This document shows positions 1 through 7,117 of a stretch of 30,991 bases of DNA, one piece after another. Where the stretch lies: assembly GCA_937127195.1 (NCBI GenBank), contig CAKZLT010000687.1, positions 1-30,991 on the forward strand, in the 5' to 3' direction. Below the pieces are notes generated by a model. That model was not told the DNA's origin. It saw nothing but the letters and a program-made list of their open reading frames with translations, and searched no databases. Each line of letters begins with the position of its first letter. Positions within the stretch are counted from its first letter, which is position 1. Made by a program: the position numbers and the translations under genes. The stretch comes from an uncultured Saprospiraceae bacterium. Lineage in GTDB: Bacteria > Bacteroidota > Bacteroidia > Chitinophagales > Saprospiraceae.

Positions 1-458
1 GCTGTTTCGATTAACAGCGGTAGCAGAAACCAGAATCTAGAAACCAGAAACAATCAGATTAAGTAGGTGACATTTTGAATGACCACATAAAATCATATAG
101 AACCATCTAATTTTATATCAAACAAACAATCAGTATTTATAATAGGAGAGCGGAATTGTCAATGAGAATCTTTTTAGGAAGAATAAGAGGAATTAACGCC
201 TTACTTAATCTAATTTATGCGGTTGTTTTAGTTAAGTCAACTTATTTTTTTTATTTTTATATATCAGGCTTGTTTGTAACAAGCAAACACATAGGAGAAA
301 AAATATTTATTATTTTTTTCCTACTCCCTAACCCTTAAGAACCAAATTTAATAACCTTAATAATGGATAGGTTTTATTAAAATAAAATCTATTATAAAAT
401 CAAATGAACAAACAATTTACGCTTGTTTATTGTTAAATTGATTATAGCTTAAATAGCT

Positions 459-470
459 TATATATATATA
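459..470. repeat. (TA)6 dinucleotide microsatellite immediately upstream of the SRAP start codon
   Basis: TATATATATATA at 459-470; ATG at 473. Confidence 0.8.
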
Positions 471-472
471 TT

Positions 473-1153
473 ATGTGTGGAAGATTATCTTTGGCTGTAT
501 CAAAAGAACGAATTCGTAAAAAGTTGAGTATTTCTGTAGAAGATGAAATTATACCCAATTACAATATTGCACCTACGCAAAACACCTACGTTATTACCAA
601 TGAAGCTCCAAAACAGCTTCAGCAGTTAAGATGGGGATTGATTCCTTATTGGGCTAAAAATGAAAAAGTTGGAAGTACCTTAATAAATGCAAGGAGTGAA
701 GGAGTGGCAAGCAAGCCTTCTTTTAGGATGCCAATTCGCAAAAGACGCTGTTTGGTGATAGCAGATGGATTTTATGAATGGCGAAAAGAAGGACGAAACC
801 GAATTCCTTATCGTATTACACACAAGCACGATAGCCTTATTATTATGGCAGGAATATGGGATAAATGGGTTTCTTCTTCCGATGAGGTAATTACTTCTTT
901 TTCTATTTTGACAACTACGCCTAACAAAGAAATGTCTTTTGTGCATGATAGAATGCCTGTTATTATAAATAACAAAGAACAACAGACTAAATGGCTTGAA
1001 GATGTTGATTTACCAAATGTATTAGGATTGTTACAAACATTGAAAGATGATAGTTTAGATGTATTTCCAGTTTCTAAGCGCGTTAACTCCGTTTCTTTCA
1101 ATGAATCTTCTCTTTATAACAAAATATTACTACCTCCAACACTTTTTGATTAA
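473..1153 (+). CDS. yedK: SOS response-associated peptidase (SRAP / YedK / HMCES family), abasic-site DNA cross-linking protein
   Basis: N-terminal MCGR (catalytic Cys2), YNIAPTQ, WGLIPYW, LINARSE, RCLVIADGFYEW and HDRMPVI are the family motifs. Confidence 0.93.
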   Translation: MCGRLSLAVSKERIRKKLSISVEDEIIPNYNIAPTQNTYVITNEAPKQLQQLRWGLIPYWAKNEKVGSTLINARSEGVASKPSFRMPIRKRRCLVIADGFYEWRKEGRNRIPYRITHKHDSLIIMAGIWDKWVSSSDEVITSFSILTTTPNKEMSFVHDRMPVIINNKEQQTKWLEDVDLPNVLGLLQTLKDDSLDVFPVSKRVNSVSFNESSLYNKILLPPTLFD

Positions 1154-1176
1154 ACTTTTAAGCTAATCCGCTTGTT

Positions 1177-1283
1177 TTATCCACCTAAAAATGACTAATA
1201 AAATGTTACAAATTGAAAGTTTTTATTGACTTTTTTGTGACATTCTAGTTATTCACACCAATTATTCTTCAAAATGTTAATAA
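1177..1283. promoter_or_regulatory. Cluster of DnaA-box-like 9-mers (weak oriC candidate)
   Basis: TTATCCACC at 1177-1185 (8/9 to TTATCCACA), TTATTCACA at 1249-1257 (fits TTATNCACA), and TGTTAATAA at 1275-1283 (reverse TTATTAACA, 7/9). Confidence 0.25.
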
Positions 1284-1430
1284 CAAGGCTAAATGAAACA
1301 TTTTTTGTTGTTTAGCGTACTATAAGAGGTTGTTTTGTGTTCATTCCCATTTTATAAAAAAAGAGAGAATACGAAGCAATTTATACTGGTTTTCACAAAA
1401 CAGGGCTTTTTACAATTTAATAAGAAAATC

Positions 1431-4400
1431 ATGTCACAAATGAAAGACAATTATCAACTACTCATACAGAAATTAGATCAGTTCACTAGAAAGTATTATG
1501 TCAATAAATTGATAAGAGGTACTTTATATAGTATTGGTTTGATTCTCGCACTCTTTACATTATTTACAGTACTAGAGTATTATCTCTATTTTTCAACTTC
1601 TACTCGAAAAATAATGTTTTTCTCGTTTGTTGGAGTTAGTGCAGCTTCGGTTATTGGTTGGGTGCTGCTTCCGTTAATGAATTATTTTCGATTGGGAAAA
1701 CTCATTTCTCACGAAAAAGCAGCTTCAATTATTGGACTACATTTCGTAGATGTCAAAGATAAATTATTGAATATACTGCAATTGAAAGAGCAATCAGGGG
1801 CGAGTTCTGATGCTAGTTTGATTAATGCAAGTATTAATCAGAAAATAGGAGATATTGAACCAATACCTTTTAAAGCTGCTATTAACTTAGGTGAAAACCG
1901 AAAAAATCTTCGTTTTGCCCTTCCTCCACTATTATTATTGCTAGGTATCTTATTTTTTAATGGAAAAATTATTGAAAAAGGAACATCTCGTTTGATTCAG
2001 AATAATCAGGAGTTTGAAAGAGAAGCACCTTTTCATTTCAATTTATCAAATAATGATTTATCAGTAGTTCAATTTGAAGATATTGAATTGGAGGTGAAGG
2101 TAGAAGGAGAGGAGTATCCGAATGAAGCTTACATTGATATTGATAACTATAAATATAAACTGACTAAAGTTGATTACAATACTTTCACTTACAATATGAG
2201 AAAAGTGGCAAAAGATGCTAAGTTTTTCTTTACTGCAAGTGGTTTTGATTCAAAGTCTTATGATTTGGATGTAATGAAAAAACCTAGTATTGTAGGTTTT
2301 CAAGTTCGTTTGGATTATCCTGCTTATACTGGTCGAGCGGATGAAATCATTTCTAATATAGGTGATTTGGTTGTGCCAAAAGGAACAAAAGTAACTTGGA
2401 CATTTAATGCACAAAATACAGATGAAGTAGCGGTTGATTTTTCTAATTTAAAAAAAGAAAATACACTCAAAAGAGCAGGTCAGGAACGCTTCACTCTTAC
2501 TAAGCAAGTAATGAATGATGCGACTTATATGGTCTATGTTTCTAATGAAAATTTGCAAAGAGCAGATTCTGTGGGATATAGTTTGAGCGCGATTCCTGAT
2601 GTCAATCCAGCTATTTCGGTAGAACAATTCAAAGATAGCTCTCAGTCAAAGGTTTTATTTTTTGCTGGAGATGCTACGGATGATTATGGATTATCAAAAT
2701 TGGTGTTTAGTTATACATTAGAGCGTGAAAAAGGAGGTAAAGAAACAAATGTTATTCCTATCAAAACAGCAATGGGAAAACAAACTCAATATGATTATAC
2801 TTGGGATTTGGTTGAATTAGGATTGAATCCTGGTGATAAGGTTTCTTACTTTTTTGAGGTGTTTGATAATGATGGTATTAATGGTGCTAAATCTGCTAAA
2901 ACTTCTATGATGACTTATGCAATGCCTAGCATTGATGAGTTTGAAGAAATGGAAGCTGAAAATAATAAAGCAATTAAATCAGATTTGAATAAGGCAATTG
3001 AAGACCATAAACAACTCAAAAAAGATATAAAAGCCTTAACGGATAAGTTACATCAGAAAAAAGATTTGGATTGGCAAGATCGTAAGAAGTTGGAAGACTT
3101 AATGAAACGTAGTCAGGAGATTCAAAAACAAATGGAAGAGGCGAAGAAGAATTTTGATGAGAATAAGAAAAATCAATCAGAATTTGATGAGCCTAATGAA
3201 GAAATAAAAGAGAAGCAAGAGCAGCTTGAAGAGTTATTTGATAAGGCAGTAGATGATGAAATGAAAGAACTCATGGAAAAAATTGAGTCGCTGCTAGAAG
3301 AATTGGATAAGGAAAAGATAATGGAACAGTTGGAAAATTTTGAGATGTCAGAAGAAGAATCTCAAAAGAACTTGGAACGATTGAAAGAATTGCATAAGCA
3401 ATTAGAGTTTGAGCGTGATATGGAGAAAACAACTGAGGACTTAAATAAATTAGCTAAAAAGCAAGAAGAACTTAGTGAAGAAACAAAAGACGAGAAAAAG
3501 TCTGATGAAGAATTGAAAAAAGAGCAAGAAGAGTTGACGAAGGAGTTTGAGAAGTTGGAGGAGAAGATGGAAGACTTAAAAAAGAAAAATGAAGAGTTGA
3601 AATCTCCTACGAAGATGGATGACATGAAAAAGGAGAGTGAAGATGTGAAAAAAGAACAGCAAAAGGCTGAAGAACAACTTCAAAAACAACAAAAAAAGAA
3701 TGCCTCTAAGTCTCAAAAGAAAGCCTCTGATAAAATGAAAAGCATGGCAAATAGCATGAAAATGTCTATGCAATCATCTCAACAGCAACAAAATCAAGAG
3801 GATATTAAAGCTCTTCGTCAGTTATTAGAAAACTTGGTTAATCTTTCTTTTGACCAAGAAAAACTGATGGGAAATGCAAAAAAGACACAAGTAAATACAC
3901 CTACTTATACATCATTAGTACAGGATCAATATAAGTTGAAAGATGATTTTGTCTTGATAGAAGATAGCTTGAATGCTTTGGCTCAGCGTGTTTTTCAGAT
4001 TGAGTCATTTGTCACAGAAAAGGTTTTTGATATTAAAAAGAATGTCAAACAATCTATTGATATGTTAGAAGCACGCAAAAAATCAACTGCGGGCGTTCGT
4101 CAACAAAGAGCAATGACAGGTGTAAATGACTTGGCATTAATGCTTAGTGAAGTAATGGAGCAAATGCAGCAACAAATGGCTAATCAAATGCAAGGTAGTC
4201 AAATGTGCCAAAAACCAGGAGGAGGAAAACCTATGCAAGGTTTAGGAAAGAAGCAACAAGAGCTGAATGAGCAAATGAAAAAAATGCAAGAACAACAGCA
4301 GCAAGGAAGTAGTTCAGGGCAAGGAAAAAAGGGGAAAGGCAAGGGAAAAGGCAAAGGCAAGGGCGGAAAAATGAGTAAAGAATTTGCTAAAGCAGCAGCA

Positions 4401-4796
4401 CAGCAAGCAGCTATCCGTAAAGCGTTGAGAGATTTGCAGAAGCAAAAAATGCAGCAAGGAAAAGGTAGTCGTGAGTTACAAAAACTTATTGACGAAATGG
4501 ATAAAGTTGAAACGGATTTGGTGAATAGAAAAATCACTAATGAAATGATGAAACGCCAGCAAGATATTATTACAAGATTGCTAGAGGCCGAAAAAGCAGA
4601 ACGAGAACAAGAGTATGAAAATCAGCGTAAAGCTGAAGTTGCTCAAAATCAAGAGAAGAAAAGACCAAAAGCATTAGAGGAATATATCAAGAAAAGAGAG
4701 GCAGAAGTAGAATTATACAAATCTGTTTCTCCTGCTTTGAAACCTTATTACAAAACTTTAGTAGAAGAGTATTATAATTCTTTAAAGACAAAGTAA
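1431..4796 (+). CDS. DUF4175-type membrane-anchored protein with Ig-like middle region and very long coiled-coil C-terminal half
   Basis: Three N-terminal hydrophobic helices; beta-rich region with DDYGLSKL and WDL...PGDKVSYFFEVFDND motifs; E/K/Q-rich heptad region. Start moved from TTG 1335 to ATG 1431 (alternative ATG 1440). Confidence 0.8.
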   Translation: MSQMKDNYQLLIQKLDQFTRKYYVNKLIRGTLYSIGLILALFTLFTVLEYYLYFSTSTRKIMFFSFVGVSAASVIGWVLLPLMNYFRLGKLISHEKAASIIGLHFVDVKDKLLNILQLKEQSGASSDASLINASINQKIGDIEPIPFKAAINLGENRKNLRFALPPLLLLLGILFFNGKIIEKGTSRLIQNNQEFEREAPFHFNLSNNDLSVVQFEDIELEVKVEGEEYPNEAYIDIDNYKYKLTKVDYNTFTYNMRKVAKDAKFFFTASGFDSKSYDLDVMKKPSIVGFQVRLDYPAYTGRADEIISNIGDLVVPKGTKVTWTFNAQNTDEVAVDFSNLKKENTLKRAGQERFTLTKQVMNDATYMVYVSNENLQRADSVGYSLSAIPDVNPAISVEQFKDSSQSKVLFFAGDATDDYGLSKLVFSYTLEREKGGKETNVIPIKTAMGKQTQYDYTWDLVELGLNPGDKVSYFFEVFDNDGINGAKSAKTSMMTYAMPSIDEFEEMEAENNKAIKSDLNKAIEDHKQLKKDIKALTDKLHQKKDLDWQDRKKLEDLMKRSQEIQKQMEEAKKNFDENKKNQSEFDEPNEEIKEKQEQLEELFDKAVDDEMKELMEKIESLLEELDKEKIMEQLENFEMSEEESQKNLERLKELHKQLEFERDMEKTTEDLNKLAKKQEELSEETKDEKKSDEELKKEQEELTKEFEKLEEKMEDLKKKNEELKSPTKMDDMKKESEDVKKEQQKAEEQLQKQQKKNASKSQKKASDKMKSMANSMKMSMQSSQQQQNQEDIKALRQLLENLVNLSFDQEKLMGNAKKTQVNTPTYTSLVQDQYKLKDDFVLIEDSLNALAQRVFQIESFVTEKVFDIKKNVKQSIDMLEARKKSTAGVRQQRAMTGVNDLALMLSEVMEQMQQQMANQMQGSQMCQKPGGGKPMQGLGKKQQELNEQMKKMQEQQQQGSSSGQGKKGKGKGKGKGKGGKMSKEFAKAAAQQAAIRKALRDLQKQKMQQGKGSRELQKLIDEMDKVETDLVNRKITNEMMKRQQDIITRLLEAEKAEREQEYENQRKAEVAQNQEKKRPKALEEYIKKREAEVELYKSVSPALKPYYKTLVEEYYNSLKTK

Positions 4797-4810
4797 TAAA
4801 AAGCAATAAT

Positions 4811-4848
4811 AAGAGAGAAAAAGGTGTTTTAAAATTACCTTTTCTCTT
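4811..4848 (+). terminator. Probable intrinsic terminator/hairpin after the DUF4175-type gene
   Basis: AAGAGAGAAAAAGGT...ACCTTTTCTCTT imperfect inverted repeat starting 15 nt after the stop. Confidence 0.5.
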
Positions 4849-4894
4849 CTTCATAAAGAAATTTTATTTTTAAACGACATTAAAACTTGGTTAA

Positions 4895-5299
4895 ATGCAG
4901 GAGACTACATTTGCATTGGAATTAAAATCTCATCCTAAAAATATCTCAGTTATTGAGCCTTACATCAATCAAGTTGTGGAAGCTTATGATGTTGACCATG
5001 AAATGTATGGAAATATTTTGATTTCATTAACGGAAGCTGTGAATAATGCAATTATGCATGGTAATGATGGAGATGAAGAAAAAATGGTAAGGGTAGAACT
5101 GAAAAAAAATACTAAGAATTTAGTGTTTTCTATATCAGATGATGGGGCAGGGTTTAATTATGATGATTTGCCAGATCCAACTGCACCTGAAAATATTTTG
5201 AAACTAGGAGGAAGAGGCATTTTTCTGATGAAACAATTAGCTGATTTAGTGGTTTTTTCTAGTGAAGGAAATACAGTCGAAATTCAATTTAATCTTTAA
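4895..5299 (+). CDS. ATP-binding protein, anti-sigma factor / Ser kinase (RsbW/SpoIIAB-like HATPase_c)
   Basis: N box (LTEAVNNAIMHGN), G1 box (ISDDGAGF), G2 box (GGRGIFLM); 134 aa with no sensor domain. Confidence 0.88.
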   Translation: MQETTFALELKSHPKNISVIEPYINQVVEAYDVDHEMYGNILISLTEAVNNAIMHGNDGDEEKMVRVELKKNTKNLVFSISDDGAGFNYDDLPDPTAPENILKLGGRGIFLMKQLADLVVFSSEGNTVEIQFNL

Positions 5300-5737
5300 A
5301 TGGGAGAGGAGTCAAGAGAACGAGTTCAATTTTATTCAGAAGAAATAGATTTTGAGTTAGAAAATGAAGAAGCTATTATTGATTGGATTCTGAAAGGGAT
5401 TAAAGACGAAGGTAGTTCTTTGAAAAGAGTTACTTATGTTTTTTGTTCGGATGAGTATTTGTATGAAGTGAATATGAAGTATCTTAATCATAATACTTAC
5501 ACGGATATAATTACTTTTCCTATGAATTATAATCCGATTGAGTCAGATATATTTATTAGTATTGATAGAATAAAAGATAATGCTAAGGAATTAAATGTAT
5601 CTTTTAAAGATGAATTGCATCGAGTTATTATTCATGGTGTATTGCATTTGATAGGATATGATGACAAAACAAATGAAGCACAATTATTAATGACTCAAAA
5701 AGAAAATGAGTTTTTAGCTAAAAGATTGTTTTTGTAA
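5300..5737 (+). CDS. ybeY: rRNA maturation endoribonuclease YbeY
   Basis: TDIITF motif and zinc-binding HGVLHLIGYDD; ATG directly follows the upstream TAA. Confidence 0.95.
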   Translation: MGEESRERVQFYSEEIDFELENEEAIIDWILKGIKDEGSSLKRVTYVFCSDEYLYEVNMKYLNHNTYTDIITFPMNYNPIESDIFISIDRIKDNAKELNVSFKDELHRVIIHGVLHLIGYDDKTNEAQLLMTQKENEFLAKRLFL

Positions 5738-5763
5738 TGTTTTTTATGATACGTTATAATTAT

Positions 5764-5805
5764 AAAAAAGGAGTATAATAGTAAAATCTATTATACTCCT
5801 TTTTT
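5764..5805. terminator. Bidirectional intrinsic terminator between convergent ybeY and DUF6702 genes
   Basis: Perfect 18-bp inverted repeat AAAAAAGGAGTATAATAG-taaaat-CTATTATACTCCTTTTTT. Confidence 0.9.
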
Positions 5806-5808
5806 TGA

Positions 5809-5824
5809 TGTTCCCCGTGGAACA
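5809..5824. promoter_or_regulatory. parS-like site 1 (TGTTCCCCGTGGAACA)
   Basis: 15/16 match to the parS variant TGTTCCACGTGGAACA; three identical copies within 1.3 kb. Confidence 0.8.
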
Positions 5825-5837
5825 TTTAATTATATTC

Positions 5838-6347
5838 TTACTTTTTAAAAGATAAAGCTCCTTCATTTTTACTATTTGTTAGAAATAAGCTTTTTTTCAT
5901 TTTTCCAGATTTGACATGAACAATGTTTTTTTGACCATCAAACAAATCAAAAAGAAGCAAGTTTTTAATATTAATACTTTCAAAATCACTAATGTTTGGA
6001 ATTTCAATATAGCAGTATGTATTATTGATTTTAGCTTCTTTTCCTATAAAATCAAAAGTTTGAGCTTGATTATTGACTGATATTTCAATATGATTTTTTA
6101 AATATTTTTGAATATATTTATCTGTATCTGTATGTTCTCTTTTTGTTCCAAGCCTTATTTTTTCATTAGAACTAGATTCTAGTGCGGTTTCAAAATCATC
6201 CGTAAAAAGGCGAATAGTCATCTCTACTGATTGTGATTGAGAATTATATTCTATCTCTGTTACACTCATGTAAAACTTATGCAAATCCTCTTGACTCGTC
6301 GATAAAAGAGAGTTTGTTAGTAATAAAATAGTTAATATTGTATTCAT
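5838..6347 (-). CDS. DUF6702-like secreted protein
   Basis: Signal peptide, then HKFYMSVTEIEYN, IRLFTDDFE and QKNIVH motifs typical of this Bacteroidota family; typical neighbourhood (HupE/UreJ, M1 peptidase). Confidence 0.75.
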   Translation of the reverse strand: MNTILTILLLTNSLLSTSQEDLHKFYMSVTEIEYNSQSQSVEMTIRLFTDDFETALESSSNEKIRLGTKREHTDTDKYIQKYLKNHIEISVNNQAQTFDFIGKEAKINNTYCYIEIPNISDFESINIKNLLLFDLFDGQKNIVHVKSGKMKKSLFLTNSKNEGALSFKK

Positions 6348-6365
6348 TTTTATTGAAATTTAAAA

Positions 6366-6381
6366 TGTTCCCCGTGGAACA
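6366..6381. promoter_or_regulatory. parS-like site 2 (TGTTCCCCGTGGAACA)
   Basis: Identical to site 1; flanks extend the palindrome (AAA...TTT); lies in the divergent DUF6702/hupE intergenic region. Confidence 0.8.
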
Positions 6382-6467
6382 TTTACTTATTATTGTTTTT
6401 TTTTTACTTCCTTATAATAAACGTAAAGTTAGCGATTAGATTTTAGATTTAAGTTAAAAAAAGATTA

Positions 6468-7043
6468 ATGACAGAGTTTGAATTGTATTTGAGACTGGGG
6501 TTAAGTCATATAGCTGATTTAGATGCTTATGATCATATATTATTTATAGTAGCATTATCTGCTATTTATTTGTTCAAAGATTGGCGAAAAGTTCTAGTTT
6601 TAGTAACAGCTTTTACATTAGGGCATTCGCTTACATTAGCTTTGGCAACATTAAAACTGGTGTTTTTTTCGGAAAAACTAATAGAAATACTAATACCAAT
6701 TACAATTATGTTGACTTGTGTATTTAATATTATTACAATAAAAAGAGAAGAGAAAAGACCTCTTTTTAAATATCTATTAGCTTTGTCATTTGGATTAATA
6801 CACGGATTAGGTTTTTCTAGTTATCTTACAAGCCTGTTAGGAAGTGAAGAAAATATATTATTTCCTTTATTTGCTTTTAATATAGGAATAGAATTAGGTC
6901 AATTAATAATTGTAACAATAACAATGATTATATCATTTATAGCTATGAATGTTATCAAATTAAGCAGAGATAAATGGAATTGGATTGTTTCATCAATTGC
7001 ATTGATTATTGCTGCAAATTTGCTAGTAAATTTATTAAGGTAG
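6468..7043 (+). CDS. HupE/UreJ family integral membrane protein
   Basis: G.SHI....DHILF, VTAFTLGHSLTL, FGLIHGLGFS and FNIGIELGQ motifs; about 5-6 TM helices. Confidence 0.88.
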   Translation: MTEFELYLRLGLSHIADLDAYDHILFIVALSAIYLFKDWRKVLVLVTAFTLGHSLTLALATLKLVFFSEKLIEILIPITIMLTCVFNIITIKREEKRPLFKYLLALSFGLIHGLGFSSYLTSLLGSEENILFPLFAFNIGIELGQLIIVTITMIISFIAMNVIKLSRDKWNWIVSSIALIIAANLLVNLLR

Positions 7044-7057
7044 AGTAGGAGGGAGAA

Positions 7058-7073
7058 TGTTCCCCGTGGAACA
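7058..7073. promoter_or_regulatory. parS-like site 3 (TGTTCCCCGTGGAACA)
   Basis: Identical to sites 1 and 2, same orientation; lies between hupE and the M1 peptidase gene. Confidence 0.8.
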
Positions 7074-7117
7074 TTTTGTATTTATAAAATATTATTGATT
7101 AAGTTAAATAAAATTGA

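Noticed and set aside
1-66. Hairpin GCTGTT-tcgatt-AACAGC and AGAAACCAGAA direct repeat at the window edge (possible ncRNA or gene end)
   Set aside because: Truncated by the window; no match to tmRNA, RNase P or tRNA motifs that I can recognise.
156-338. 60-aa ORF with TTG start
   Set aside because: Low-complexity F/I/L-rich translation of AT-rich intergenic DNA with no motif.
1295-1320. ECF-like promoter GAAAC-N15-GCGTAC before the DUF4175-type gene
   Set aside because: Short degenerate motif with no cognate sigma gene in the window; cannot be distinguished from chance.
3362-4537. Antisense ORFs within the coiled-coil gene (3362-3625, 3576-3773, 4199-4537)
   Set aside because: S/F/L-rich mirror translations of E/K/Q codons. 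The same reasoning applies to the other short nested ORFs inside SRAP, the M1 peptidase, the nuclease, the thioester protein, ahcY, the caspase and the desaturase.
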